IMG/VR virus record: IMGVR_UViG_3300011756_000031
Length of the DNA: 64,000 nucleotides
DNA from: an uncultured virus (IMG/VR IMGVR_UViG_3300011756_000031)
Taxonomy: Duplodnaviria; Heunggongvirae; Uroviricota; Caudoviricetes
Strand: one strand, 5' to 3'
The notes below the pieces were generated by a model. The model saw only the letters and a program-made list of their open reading frames with translations, did not search any database and was not told the DNA's origin. Shown here piece by piece: positions 27,838 to 38,236 of the stretch; position 1 is the first letter of the stretch; every line of letters begins with the position of its first letter. A program made the position numbers and the translations under genes.

Positions 27838-29622
27838 ATGGCTGAATTTGAACTGAAAGCCCTGATCACCGGGGTTGATAAGCTGTCTCCTGCGTTGTCC
27901 TCAATGCAGAAGAAGATTAAAGGTTTTCAGAAGGGGATTAAGTCCAGCGGGCTGGCGGATTTCTCTGTTGGAGATCTGGTGGGTGGCGGGGCTTTAGCCG
28001 CTCCATTTATTGCAGGAGCTAAAGTTGCGATTGAATTTGAGTCCCAGATGGCAGACGTACGCAAAGTGGTGGATTTTGATACCCCTAAGCAGTTTGCCGA
28101 AATGGGAGAGGACATCTTAAAAATGTCCGATCGCCTGCCAATGGCGGCCAGTGATATAGCAAAACTGGTTGCCGCTGGCGGACAGGCGGGCATTGCCCGG
28201 CAGGATCTTAAACAATTTGCTGAAGATGCCCTGAAAATGGGTGTTGCGTTTGACCAGTCAGCAGATCAGTCAGGCGACATGATGGCGAAGTGGCGAACTT
28301 CGTTCAAAATGACTCAGGGCGAGGTTGTGGCGCTGGCGGATAAAATTAACTATCTGTCCAACAATGGCGCTGCGAACGCGCAGCAAATCTCCGACATCGT
28401 TACCCGGATAGGTCCGCTTGGATCTATCGCTGGAGTTACATCGGGTCAAATCGCCGCTCTTGGTGCGACAATGGCTGGAGTGGGCGTTGAACAGGAGGTA
28501 GCAGCAACAGGTATCAAGAATTTCATGGTCGCCCTTACTGCCGGCAAAAGCGCCACTAAACAGCAGCAGGCTGGTATGAAAGAGCTTGGCCTGTCATCTA
28601 CAAAACTGGCTGCGTCTATGCAGAAAGATGCGCAGGGCACAATGCTTACTGTCCTGCAGCAAATTTCTAAACTTGATAAAACCCGCCAGGTTGCCGCTTT
28701 TAATGTGTTATTTGGCAAGGAGTCAATGGGAGCAATAGCTCCCCTGTTGGCCAACCTGGATCTGTTGAAGAAAAACTTCAATATGGTTGGCGACGCATCG
28801 CAGTATACCGGCTCGATGCAAAAGGAATATGAAGCGCGTGCGGCGACTACGGCTAACCAGCTGCAATTACTCAACAACCAGGCTACACATGCTGGTGTTG
28901 CTTTGGGGAATGCGCTGTTGCCCCAAATTAACGCCAGCGTCAGAGGAATGATGCCCCTCATTAATAAGGTGACGGATTTTGTATCCCGGAATCCGGGGAT
29001 GGTAAGGGCATTGCTGGGTGCCGCTGTCGGTTTTACAACGCTTAAGCTGGCAGTGATGGGGGCCAGTGTAGCCTTAAAAGTGATGTCATTCGTCGCTAGT
29101 GCTTCTCCGGTTGGGCTTATCGTCCGTGGAATAGCTCTTGCTGCCGGGCTGATCATTGCAAACTGGGATGCAATTGGTCCTTATTTTAAAAAACTTTGGG
29201 AAACGCTCAGTCCTTACTTCGATGCAGGATGGGCATTATTTCAGAAGGTTTTCAGCTGGACGCCTCTCGGTATGGTCATCAATAACTGGGGACCGGTTGT
29301 GCAATGGTTCCAGGATATGTGGGCGAAGCTAAAACCTATAATTGAGTGGTTTACCGATGGTGCCAGTGAAACAGTGGCTGCAGCCAATGCAGCACAGTGG
29401 GGGGCCGGTGGTCACGGTGCTTATGGAACTGGTGTTTCAAGCCAAAGCTACAACCCTTACCAAATCCAGCAGGGAGGAACAACAAAATCACAAGGAACTA
29501 TCACGGTTCAGTTTAAAGATGCCCCTCAAGGAATGAGCGTGACAGACAGTCGATCATCAGGAATTGATGTAAATCATGACGTGGGTTATACCAGAATCGG
29601 GAAAACTGGCATGAGTGGTTAG
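27838..29622 (+). CDS. tape measure protein
   Basis: FESQMADVRKVVD, TP901-like core, Trp-rich C-terminal repeats. Confidence 0.93.
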   Translation: MAEFELKALITGVDKLSPALSSMQKKIKGFQKGIKSSGLADFSVGDLVGGGALAAPFIAGAKVAIEFESQMADVRKVVDFDTPKQFAEMGEDILKMSDRLPMAASDIAKLVAAGGQAGIARQDLKQFAEDALKMGVAFDQSADQSGDMMAKWRTSFKMTQGEVVALADKINYLSNNGAANAQQISDIVTRIGPLGSIAGVTSGQIAALGATMAGVGVEQEVAATGIKNFMVALTAGKSATKQQQAGMKELGLSSTKLAASMQKDAQGTMLTVLQQISKLDKTRQVAAFNVLFGKESMGAIAPLLANLDLLKKNFNMVGDASQYTGSMQKEYEARAATTANQLQLLNNQATHAGVALGNALLPQINASVRGMMPLINKVTDFVSRNPGMVRALLGAAVGFTTLKLAVMGASVALKVMSFVASASPVGLIVRGIALAAGLIIANWDAIGPYFKKLWETLSPYFDAGWALFQKVFSWTPLGMVINNWGPVVQWFQDMWAKLKPIIEWFTDGASETVAAANAAQWGAGGHGAYGTGVSSQSYNPYQIQQGGTTKSQGTITVQFKDAPQGMSVTDSRSSGIDVNHDVGYTRIGKTGMSG

Positions 29623-29691
29623 TGAGTAGTATTGTATTGATTGTTGCAAATCCTATAGCAATTGACGCAATTCTAATCAAAAGAGTTAATT

Positions 29692-30216
29692 ATGAGTAAA
29701 TTAATAGGTTCTAGTTTAATCCTCGGCGCAGCAGCAATTTTTTCAGCATTAATTATTTCAGGCAACGTATCGTTTAAGAACGAACACATTGTTCCCTTAT
29801 CCGGTGGCTCCGTTAAACTAGGTGATGTTTATAAAGAAAATAAACTGGTTAGCGTAAAGTTGATTTTTAAGGAAGGGGAGCAGATTCTTATTTCAGAAGG
29901 AAATCCTGAAACATATTCAGAAGATTTGGATAGCAAAATTCAGGAAATTATAAAATTAATCAACTCCGGAAGAGCTAAATCAGATGAACAGCTGACCGCT
30001 GATACACTTAGCGTGACTGACGATTCAAGATTAGAACTCATTTCAGCTGTAAAATATTCAACTGAACACCAACCATTGTTTACTTTAACGTTAGAGCAAA
30101 AAGAAATTCCAATGCAGAAAGGTACTAACATCAAGACATTTGTTGATAACAATGTTAAGAGCTTCATCAATAGTCAAGAAGAGGCTTATGCCCGCTCACT
30201 TTATTTAACGAAATAA
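29692..30216 (+). CDS. AT-rich membrane-anchored moron protein
   Basis: N-terminal hydrophobic helix; own terminator at about 30234-30260. Confidence 0.75.
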   Translation: MSKLIGSSLILGAAAIFSALIISGNVSFKNEHIVPLSGGSVKLGDVYKENKLVSVKLIFKEGEQILISEGNPETYSEDLDSKIQEIIKLINSGRAKSDEQLTADTLSVTDDSRLELISAVKYSTEHQPLFTLTLEQKEIPMQKGTNIKTFVDNNVKSFINSQEEAYARSLYLTK

Positions 30217-30273
30217 AATTAGCTCAACAAACCAAACCCGCCAACCGGCGGGTTTTTTATTTCTGGAGATGGT

Positions 30274-31695
30274 ATGGCGTGGAAAGACCGATTGCAAAAC
30301 GCCTCGTTTCGCGGCGTCCCGTTCAAATTTGAGGATGAAGACTCCACCGGCGGGCGCCGGGTTGAAACCCACGAATACCCCAATCGTGACAAACCGTATA
30401 CAGAAGACCTCGGTAAGGCCACGTTCCGCGCGTCCATTACAGCTTATGTGGTCGGGGATGACTGTTTCGAACAGCGCGATGCGCTGAGGGAGGCGCTGAA
30501 TAAACCGGGTCCCGGCACGCTGATTCATCCAACTTTTGGTGAACTCAGCGTTTGTGTTGATGGTGAGGTCAGGGTCAGCACAAGAAAGGAAGAGGGCCGC
30601 GTGGTCCGCTTTGACCTCCGGTTCGTCGAGGCCGGTGAACTGGCTTACCCGACATCAGGTGCGGCAACTGCCCAGATACTCGGATCCTCATGCTCCGTGT
30701 TGGACAGCTGCATCAGTGATGCGTTCGACGGGTTTGGCATGGATGGCATGGCTGATTTTGTGCAGCAGGACGTTATTGGGCAGGCTAGTGGAATGGTTGG
30801 CTACGTCTCAGACGCCATGAAGATGATCGACGATGGCGTGTCTGCTGGAGCTCGTCTTCTCCAGGGTGATATTTCGGTGCTGCTGCCTCCTCCGTCATCA
30901 GGGAAGGGCTTTATTGAGTCGCTGCAAAAAATGTGGCGAACGGGCAACCGGCTGTACGGTAACTCTGCCGATCTGATCACGATGGCAAAAGCTCTTTCGG
31001 GCATCAGCCTTGGAAAAGACCTGGCGCCCAGGGGAGTGTGGAAAACCGACAGCCAGAGCACCAGATCCAAAATAGAGCAGCGAAACCATGTTGCGAGCGC
31101 GATCCGTACTACAGCCTTAAGCGAGGCGGTTTACACAGTAACGAAACTACCCGCTCCGGCAGCTGTGACAGCTGCCGGCTCCTCCGGTAAAAGTGCTGCG
31201 ATAGTGGCGAATGTCTCTCACCCGGCGCTGAGCAACGCGCCAACAAACACCGTCACTCCTGATGCTCCTTCGTGGGATGAACTCACTGTAGTTCGCGACA
31301 CCCTGAACCAGGCAATCGTGAAAGAGATGGAGCGGACGACTGACGATCGTGTTTTCACTGCACTGCGCCGTTTAAAGGCAGATCTGAATGCCGACCTGAC
31401 GCAACGTCTCAGGCAGACGGACAAAACCATAACGGTACTGCCCGTGGGAATAGAGCCTGCCGTGGTTCTGGCTGCGCGTGTCTACGACGATGCCAGCCGC
31501 GCCACCGAAATTATTCAGCGCAACGGTATTGCGCACCCCGGATTTGTACCTTTGCAGCCGCTTAAATTGTCGACGCGCCAGCTGGCGTGGCGGGTAAACC
31601 AACAACTCGATCAGGACCAGCTTTATACGGCAAGGACCAGCGACTGGTTGAGATGGGCGATCGCGGTTGAGAAAGCCTGTTCATTAGGATTTTAG
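30274..31695 (+). CDS. Mu gpN-like DNA circularisation / tube-initiator protein with C-terminal extension
   Basis: ASFRGVPF, GRRV..HEYP.RD...EDLG, RNGIAHPGFVP. Confidence 0.9.
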   Translation: MAWKDRLQNASFRGVPFKFEDEDSTGGRRVETHEYPNRDKPYTEDLGKATFRASITAYVVGDDCFEQRDALREALNKPGPGTLIHPTFGELSVCVDGEVRVSTRKEEGRVVRFDLRFVEAGELAYPTSGAATAQILGSSCSVLDSCISDAFDGFGMDGMADFVQQDVIGQASGMVGYVSDAMKMIDDGVSAGARLLQGDISVLLPPPSSGKGFIESLQKMWRTGNRLYGNSADLITMAKALSGISLGKDLAPRGVWKTDSQSTRSKIEQRNHVASAIRTTALSEAVYTVTKLPAPAAVTAAGSSGKSAAIVANVSHPALSNAPTNTVTPDAPSWDELTVVRDTLNQAIVKEMERTTDDRVFTALRRLKADLNADLTQRLRQTDKTITVLPVGIEPAVVLAARVYDDASRATEIIQRNGIAHPGFVPLQPLKLSTRQLAWRVNQQLDQDQLYTARTSDWLRWAIAVEKACSLGF

Positions 31696-31703
31696 GAGTC
31701 AGC

Positions 31704-33218
31704 ATGTCCCAGTTTACTGAAGCCGATTCATCGGTTAACCGCCTGAATGCGGCCGTTACGGCATTTGAAAAAGTATTGACTCAGCCGGAAGGAACGGTGG
31801 TCGAAATGCCCACAGGCGCGGCACAGCCGAGCCTGGCAGAAAGGTTGAAGCGCGCTGTCGATGCAGTCACAGTTAAACCCGCACAGGCCGCAGCGCAGGC
31901 CTCAGCTGCAGCTCAGCAAGCTCAGGCCGCGCAGCAGTCAGCCGCCCAAAGCGCAGCAGATGCTGCGAACTCTGCCGCCGCTACTGGATACGTTGATGCA
32001 CCGTTCCCGGATGTGTGGTTGCCGTTTAATGACAATTTACTGATGCTGGCAGGTTTAGCCCCGATTGATACAGTGCCTGTTAATGGAACCAATATCCCGA
32101 TTGGAACACGAAGCGCCACCTTTACCCGCTCAACCACTGGAACATATTTCGATAAATCGGGATCGATGAAGCTAGCCGATATTAACGAGCCTCGCTTTGA
32201 AAAAGCGGGTTTATTAATGGAATCTCAGGCCACAAACTTATATACCTACTCTGAGCAGTGGGGTGCAGGACAGAGAGTTACCACAACTAATAACAGTGGC
32301 GACTCACCCCGTGGCGATAAAACAATGGCGCTGATAGTAGAAGACACAACCACCAATATCGAGCACTACACCCAAGACCGCAATATAGTTTTAACGGCTG
32401 GCACAACATATTGTTATTCCGTGTTTGTTAAAGCCCACTCAAACCCCCGCAATCTATATCTACGTGTCGCCTCAGGAAGTACATCTGGTGTTTTCTTTGA
32501 TCCTGTGGCAGGAGCTTGGTCAGGAAGCGGGACTGGCGCTCAGTTTGTCGATCGTGGATTCGAAGATATTGGAAACGGTATCTATCGCGTCTGGATGACA
32601 TTTACCGCTGCGACTAGTCAGAGCACAGTGATTCGCCTTCAATTAGCGAATGGTGTGGCAGCAAACTACACCGGCGATGGCGTGTCTGGTTTAAATGTTT
32701 GGGGGGCGCAATTAGAAGATAGCCCATTCCCCTCCTCATATATCAAGACCGAGGTGTCTGCAGTGACGCGATCTGCAGATCAATGGACCATTCCTACTGA
32801 GAATGCGGGATTTAGAACTCTTGCTACGCTTTTTAACCGAACCGTTGCGGTAGAATTAACTACAAAGTTTATGCCTGTTGGTGGCTACACAGAGGCTATA
32901 TCTGTTCAGGGTCCTCGATATGACATTATTTGTCGACTTGATACGGGAAAAATGATTCGTTCTTATCGGAGTTCCCCGCTGGAGATTGCTTCACAAGATG
33001 GGATGTCAGGTATTTTTTCATACAGAGTTACGGGCAATAATGTATTTATGTCTTTTGATGGCAAAACTACATCAGGTACTCGAGCTAATGCTGATAATAA
33101 TGCCATTACGAAATTTGGAAATACAAGTCAGTCAGTTGCCCGGTTCGTATATTACATTAGAAACCTACGTATCTGGCATCGCGAACTAACAGAAATCCAA
33201 ATTAGAGGACTCCGCTGA
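31704..33218 (+). CDS. accessory tail fibre/spike-like protein
   Basis: Ala/Gln coiled coil followed by PDVWLPFND...FTRST..TY..K.G....INEPRFEK.GLL.E...TN module and a beta-rich C-terminus. Confidence 0.7.
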   Translation: MSQFTEADSSVNRLNAAVTAFEKVLTQPEGTVVEMPTGAAQPSLAERLKRAVDAVTVKPAQAAAQASAAAQQAQAAQQSAAQSAADAANSAAATGYVDAPFPDVWLPFNDNLLMLAGLAPIDTVPVNGTNIPIGTRSATFTRSTTGTYFDKSGSMKLADINEPRFEKAGLLMESQATNLYTYSEQWGAGQRVTTTNNSGDSPRGDKTMALIVEDTTTNIEHYTQDRNIVLTAGTTYCYSVFVKAHSNPRNLYLRVASGSTSGVFFDPVAGAWSGSGTGAQFVDRGFEDIGNGIYRVWMTFTAATSQSTVIRLQLANGVAANYTGDGVSGLNVWGAQLEDSPFPSSYIKTEVSAVTRSADQWTIPTENAGFRTLATLFNRTVAVELTTKFMPVGGYTEAISVQGPRYDIICRLDTGKMIRSYRSSPLEIASQDGMSGIFSYRVTGNNVFMSFDGKTTSGTRANADNNAITKFGNTSQSVARFVYYIRNLRIWHRELTEIQIRGLR

Positions 33219-33502
33219 TGAAAGATTTATATCTGCGCTTCTCCAGTGAGGAAGAGGCGCAGCAGCAATTAATTGCGTTCGGTTTTCAATCTGATGAAGA
33301 GCAGGGCGGTTTATATCACCCTGATATTTGCCTGGATGTGGCTGGCGTTATTACAACCAGTACCGGCGAAGCTGAGTCCGTTGAATACGTCACCGAACCC
33401 GGCTACCACGTCAATCTCCGTGTTCTTAACGTCAGTCTCGATTTATCCAGGTTAAATGGGTTCGCCGTGAACCCTAAAACCCCTGCTCGCGTCTGGGCCT
33501 GA
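33218..33502 (+). CDS. small fibre-partner protein
   Basis: MKDLYLRF...DVAG...GYHVNLR...P.RVWA; translationally coupled to the fibre gene. Confidence 0.65.
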   Translation: MKDLYLRFSSEEEAQQQLIAFGFQSDEEQGGLYHPDICLDVAGVITTSTGEAESVEYVTEPGYHVNLRVLNVSLDLSRLNGFAVNPKTPARVWA

Positions 33503-33504
33503 TT

Positions 33505-34575
33505 ATGGATGACAACGTTACTCTGAGGGTCAACGGCAGGGAGTGGGGCGGCTGGACATCAGTCAGGATTGGCGCAGGTGTTGAACGGCTGGCGAGGGAT
33601 TTCAGTGTCGAAATTACCCGGCAGTGGCCAGGCGAGAACGGTGACACCCTCTCACTGAAAGTGAAAGGTGGCGACCGGGTCGAGGTTTTGATTGGCACTG
33701 ATTTGGTGATCACTGGCTGGGTCGAGGCTACCCCTGTTCGCTACGACGCACGCTCTGTCAGTGTTGGAATCAGCGGGCGCAGCCTGACAGCAGATCTGAT
33801 CGACTGCGCCGCAGAACCGACACAATTCAACGGACAGTCTCTGGTTCAGGTGGCCGCCGCGCTGGCAAAGCCGTTTGGTATTGAAGTCGTTAATTCCGGC
33901 GCACCTGCTGACGTTATCCCGGGCGTGCAGCCGGATCACGGCGAAACGGTTATCGAGGTGCTGAACAAGATGCTGGGTCAGCAGCAGGTGCTGGCTTACG
34001 ACGATCCGGTGGGACGGCTGGTGATTGGTGGAGTTGGGTCGACGCGAGCGCATACCGCGCTCGTTCTCGGCCAGAACATCCTTTCCTGCGATACCGAAAA
34101 AAGTATCAGGGACCGTTTTTCAACGTATCAGGTATCCGGGCAGAGAGCCGGGAATGATGAAGACTTTGGCGCGGCCACCACAACGGCTCTCCGGGCGAAG
34201 ACCGAAGATGCCGGGATCGGGCGGTACCGGCCAATGGCTGTTCAGCAGACAGGCCAGGCGACAGGTGCAAGCTGCATCGCCCGCGCTGATTTCGAAGCGC
34301 GCCAGCGCGCCGCCCGCACTGATGAAACAACGTACACCGTGTGGGGATGGCGCCAGGGTGACGGATCTCTCTGGCAACCTAACCAGCGGGTAATCGTCTT
34401 TGACCCCGTCTGTGGGTTTAACAACCGTGAGCTGCTGATTTCGGAGGTGTTGTTCACCAAAGACAGCAACGGCACGATCACCGAGTTGCGCGTCGGGCCG
34501 CCTGATGCGTATCTGCCGGAACCTGCCGATCCTAAACAGCGGAAGAAGAAAAAAGCTGAGGAGGCTCCTTTCTGA
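33505..34575 (+). CDS. baseplate hub (Mu gpP/gp44-like)
   Basis: GGWTSVRI, GRSLTADLIDC, LWQPN. Confidence 0.9.
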   Translation: MDDNVTLRVNGREWGGWTSVRIGAGVERLARDFSVEITRQWPGENGDTLSLKVKGGDRVEVLIGTDLVITGWVEATPVRYDARSVSVGISGRSLTADLIDCAAEPTQFNGQSLVQVAAALAKPFGIEVVNSGAPADVIPGVQPDHGETVIEVLNKMLGQQQVLAYDDPVGRLVIGGVGSTRAHTALVLGQNILSCDTEKSIRDRFSTYQVSGQRAGNDEDFGAATTTALRAKTEDAGIGRYRPMAVQQTGQATGASCIARADFEARQRAARTDETTYTVWGWRQGDGSLWQPNQRVIVFDPVCGFNNRELLISEVLFTKDSNGTITELRVGPPDAYLPEPADPKQRKKKKAEEAPF

Positions 34576-35117
34576 TGGGTAACTTTCAACAATTGCAGCG
34601 GCAACTGCTTAACCTGATTCGGCGCGCGGTCGTGGGAAGCGTTAAGCCTGATTCAAAATGTCAGGCTGTGGATGTTGAACTACTCGCGGGTGAGAAGAAG
34701 GGTGGCATTGAGCATCTTGAGCCTTACGGATTTACCTCACATGCGAATCCGGGTGCTGAAGCTCTGGTTCTGTTTCCTGATGCCGATCGCTCCCATGCTG
34801 TAGCGGTCACCGTGTCCGATCGCCGCTATCGCATCCGGTCTCTTAAGCAAGGTGAAGTCGCCATTTATGACGATCTGGGACAGTCGGTCACATTGACGCG
34901 CGCCGGTATCGTCGTGAACGGCGCCGGAAAGCCCATTACCTTCATGAACGCGCCGAAAGCGCGGTTCGAAATGGACATCGAATCGACTGGCCAGATCAAG
35001 GACCACTGCGACACAACCGGGGTCACGATGGCGTCAATGCGCCTTACGTACAACGGTCATATACACAAAGAAAACGGTAACAGCACAGACGTGCCGGACA
35101 AACAAATGGGGATGTAA
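34575..35117 (+). CDS. baseplate spike (Mu gp45-like)
   Basis: EPYGFTS, DRRYR...GEVAIYD, C-terminal HIH. Confidence 0.9.
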   Translation: MGNFQQLQRQLLNLIRRAVVGSVKPDSKCQAVDVELLAGEKKGGIEHLEPYGFTSHANPGAEALVLFPDADRSHAVAVTVSDRRYRIRSLKQGEVAIYDDLGQSVTLTRAGIVVNGAGKPITFMNAPKARFEMDIESTGQIKDHCDTTGVTMASMRLTYNGHIHKENGNSTDVPDKQMGM

Positions 35118-35119
35118 AT

Positions 35120-35539
35120 ATGGACCTGTGGCTAACCGTAAACGGGGTAAGCGTTTCAGCGAATGCCCCTCTCGATTTACTCACCCGCTCTGTTGTGATT
35201 TCTCTTTTCACCTGGCGCCGCGCACAACCGGATGACAATGCCGATCAGCCTAACGGGTGGTGGGGCGATACCTGGCCTGCAGTACAGAACGACCGGTACG
35301 GTTCGCGCCTCTGGTTGCTCCAGCGTCAGAAGCTGACGAACCAGACAGCCCTGGTCGCCAGGACGTATATCAACGAAGCACTGCAGTGGATGATCGACGA
35401 CGGCATTGTTTCCAGGATTGACCTCCTTATTCAGCGTACCGGCATTAACGAACTGGGTAACAGCATTACGCTGTGGCGCTACAACCAGCCCACCACTATT
35501 TCTTTTGACGATCTATGGAGTGCGATCACAAATGGCTGA
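35120..35539 (+). CDS. Mu gp46-like baseplate protein
   Basis: ISLFTWRRA, GWWGD, GSRLWLL. Confidence 0.9.
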   Translation: MDLWLTVNGVSVSANAPLDLLTRSVVISLFTWRRAQPDDNADQPNGWWGDTWPAVQNDRYGSRLWLLQRQKLTNQTALVARTYINEALQWMIDDGIVSRIDLLIQRTGINELGNSITLWRYNQPTTISFDDLWSAITNG

Positions 35540-36590
35540 CAGCGAATTCCAGCGCCCGACGCTGGCAGAAAATATCAGCATGCTCCGCACCGACCTTTTT
35601 TCCCGCCTGGACGCGAGCGACACCATCAGGCGTATGGATGAAGACGTGAGGGCGAAAGTGTATGCGGCAGCGCTGCATACCGTGTATGGCTACATTGATT
35701 ACCTGGCGCTGAACATGCTGCCGGATAAGTGCGACGAAGCCTGGCTGCAAAGGCATGCGGCCATGAAGCGCTGCCCCCGAAAAAGCCCTACAGCGTCAGC
35801 AGGATTTATGCGCTGGGATGGCGTAACAAACGGCATTACGGTTAAGGCTGGCGCGGTGATTCAACGCGACGACCTGATCCAGTACACCACCACGGCAGAC
35901 GCGACCAGTGCAGGCGGCGTTCTGCGCGTGCCGATCGTGTGCAGTGTCACCGGCAAGGTGGGTGAAATTGACGATGGCGCCGCGCTTTATCTGGTGACGC
36001 CGGTTAATGGCCTGCCGTCTTCAGGCGTAGCTGACTCTGTTGCTGGTGGGTTTGATATTGAGGATCTGGAAACCTGGCGCGCCCGGGTGCTGGAACGTTA
36101 CTACTGGACGCCTTTGGGTGGTGGGGACGGCGATTATATTGTGTGGGCCAAAGAAGTGCCGGGCATCACCCGGGCGTGGACCTACAGGCACTGGATGGGG
36201 GCTGGTACGGTGGGCGTGATGGTGGCCAGCGATGATCCGGTCAATCCCATTCCAGACGCAGCAACTGTTGCAGCAGTAAAAGCCCACATCGCCCCGCTTG
36301 CCCCTGTTGCCGGCGCTGATCTGTATCCGTTCGCACCCGTCAGCCATAACGTCAATTTCAGAATACGCCTGACACCTGACACGCCAGAAGTCCGTGCGGC
36401 AGTGACGGCGGAGTTACGCTCGTTTCTTTTGAGGGACGGCTACCCGGAAGGTGAACTCGAAATCTCACGAATAAACGAGGCTATTTCCATCGCAGCAGGC
36501 GAGCACAGCCATGTTCTGGTGGCTCCGACAGCCAGTATCCCGATCGCCAAAAATGAACTGGCCATACTGGGGACGCTCGCATGGACGTGA
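35532..36590 (+). CDS. baseplate J / Mu gp47-like protein
   Basis: GG.D.E....R.R, GG..GDY..WA, G.GTV. Confidence 0.92.
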   Translation: MADSEFQRPTLAENISMLRTDLFSRLDASDTIRRMDEDVRAKVYAAALHTVYGYIDYLALNMLPDKCDEAWLQRHAAMKRCPRKSPTASAGFMRWDGVTNGITVKAGAVIQRDDLIQYTTTADATSAGGVLRVPIVCSVTGKVGEIDDGAALYLVTPVNGLPSSGVADSVAGGFDIEDLETWRARVLERYYWTPLGGGDGDYIVWAKEVPGITRAWTYRHWMGAGTVGVMVASDDPVNPIPDAATVAAVKAHIAPLAPVAGADLYPFAPVSHNVNFRIRLTPDTPEVRAAVTAELRSFLLRDGYPEGELEISRINEAISIAAGEHSHVLVAPTASIPIAKNELAILGTLAWT

Positions 36591-37162
36591 CCGATGACGA
36601 CTACATCCATTTGATGTCAGCCCTGCTGCCGCCTGGTCCTGCATGGTCAGTTGACGATCCGGCAATTATCGGCGCAGCTCCCTCGCTGCGGCGGGCTCAC
36701 CAGCGCGCCGATGAGTTGATGCTGGAATTAGATCCGCGCACAACCACCGAGCTGATTAACCGCTGGGAAACCTGCTGCGGCCTGCCTGATGAATGTATCC
36801 CGGCGGGGACGCAAACGCTGCTGCAGCGTCAGAGCAGGCTGGACGCAAAGGTCAATTTAATCGGTGGTATCAACGAGAGGTTTTACCTCGACCAGCTTGC
36901 TGCCCTGGGCAAGCCAGGGGCGACGATCACCCGCTACAACAAGGGGCCGTTCAGATGTACCTCTGCCTGTACCGAAGCCGTGTATTCAACTGAATGGCGT
37001 TACTACTGGCAGGTCAACATGCCGTCCTCAACGGATGCTACCTGGATGACGTGTACTGATGACTGCGACACCCCGGTTCGTTACTGGGGTGATACGGTCG
37101 CGGAATGCGTGATCAGTAAACTCTGCCCGTCCCATACCTACGTACTTTTCAAATATCCGTAA
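36581..37162 (+). CDS. YmfQ / Mu gp48-like baseplate protein
   Basis: [22 protein letters not shown]...GLPD. Confidence 0.88.
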   Translation: MDVTDDDYIHLMSALLPPGPAWSVDDPAIIGAAPSLRRAHQRADELMLELDPRTTTELINRWETCCGLPDECIPAGTQTLLQRQSRLDAKVNLIGGINERFYLDQLAALGKPGATITRYNKGPFRCTSACTEAVYSTEWRYYWQVNMPSSTDATWMTCTDDCDTPVRYWGDTVAECVISKLCPSHTYVLFKYP

Positions 37163-37173
37163 CCGGAGAAACT

Positions 37174-37728
37174 ATGCATCGTATTGACACACCTACTGCG
37201 CAGAAAGATAAGTTCGGCGCGGGGAAAAATGGCTTTACCCGGGGTAATCCGCAGACAGGGACGCCAGCTACCGATCTTGATGATGATTATTTTGACATGC
37301 TACAGGAGGAGCTGGTTGCGGTAGTCGAAGCGGCAGGGCTGGCTCTCGATAAGTCCAAACGTGACCAGATGCTTACGGCATTACGAAAATTACTTTTAAG
37401 TCGCGCCAATCCTTTCGCAGATATTAAATCTGATGGCGCAGCTGCTATCACAGCGGCGCTTTCGAACCTTGGGTTTACCTATGGCACAGGCTGGTACAAA
37501 TTAGGTGCCCTTATTATTCAATACGGGCCTATAGACTTTACTGGCGTTACTTCGAGGGCCGTTACATTTCCTATTCCATTCCCTGCGGAAGTGGCGCAGG
37601 TGATTGTTTCTGATGCCGGATTCAGTACCGGTAACATGTGGGGGGCTACGAATAAAACCGTAACGGGATTCACGGCCAGGGTAAACGTGGCCGGTGAAGG
37701 CGGCCAATATTTTGCATTCGGGAAATGA
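37174..37728 (+). CDS. short tail fibre protein
   Basis: MHRIDTPTAQKDKFG N-terminus; IIQYG...VTFPIPFP (gp53-like) C-terminus. Confidence 0.85.
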   Translation: MHRIDTPTAQKDKFGAGKNGFTRGNPQTGTPATDLDDDYFDMLQEELVAVVEAAGLALDKSKRDQMLTALRKLLLSRANPFADIKSDGAAAITAALSNLGFTYGTGWYKLGALIIQYGPIDFTGVTSRAVTFPIPFPAEVAQVIVSDAGFSTGNMWGATNKTVTGFTARVNVAGEGGQYFAFGK

Positions 37729-38168
37729 TTAATATGGGCAATTATATTTATAGTGCAGTAAATAACGCCTTTTACCCTTTCTCTCTGAAAAGTGATTATG
37801 AGCGATCCGGGACATGGCCGGATGATGGCGTGGAAGTAAGCGACGAAATCGCCAGTGAGTTCATGGCATCTCCTCCTGCTGGAATATGCCGGGTTCCCGG
37901 AAATGAAGGGCTGCCCGCGTGGGGAGATGTACCTCCACCCACTCATGAAGAGGTTGTTGCGCAGGCCCAGGCTGAAAAGCAGTACCGCATTGATTCAGCG
38001 AACGACCACATGAACGGCAAGCAGTGGCCCGGTAAAGCCGTGCTTGGGCGGTTAAAGGGTGAAGAGTTGGCGCAATACAATGCGTGGCTCGATTATCTGG
38101 ATGCCCTTGAAGCGACAGACGTTTCCAGCGCTCCTGAGATTACCTGGCCCGAACAGCCGGTTGTGTAA
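37725..38168 (+). CDS. tail fibre assembly chaperone
   Basis: W.DYLDAL..D.S.APEITWPEQP. Confidence 0.88.
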   Translation: MINMGNYIYSAVNNAFYPFSLKSDYERSGTWPDDGVEVSDEIASEFMASPPAGICRVPGNEGLPAWGDVPPPTHEEVVAQAQAEKQYRIDSANDHMNGKQWPGKAVLGRLKGEELAQYNAWLDYLDALEATDVSSAPEITWPEQPVV

Positions 38169-38199
38169 ACCCCCTTGATCCGCACCCCTTTTAAAACTA

Positions 38200-38215
38200 C
38201 TGTATATATAAACAG
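38200..38215. promoter_or_regulatory. LexA (SOS) box
   Basis: CTGTATATATAAACAG = CTG-N10-CAG. Confidence 0.88.
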
Positions 38216-38236
38216 TAAAATAAAAAGGGGGGAATT

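Noticed and set aside
37174..38236. Invertible tail-fibre segment or diversity-generating retroelement
   Set aside because: No invertase, inverted fibre copy, reverse transcriptase or TR/VR repeat pair seen in the window
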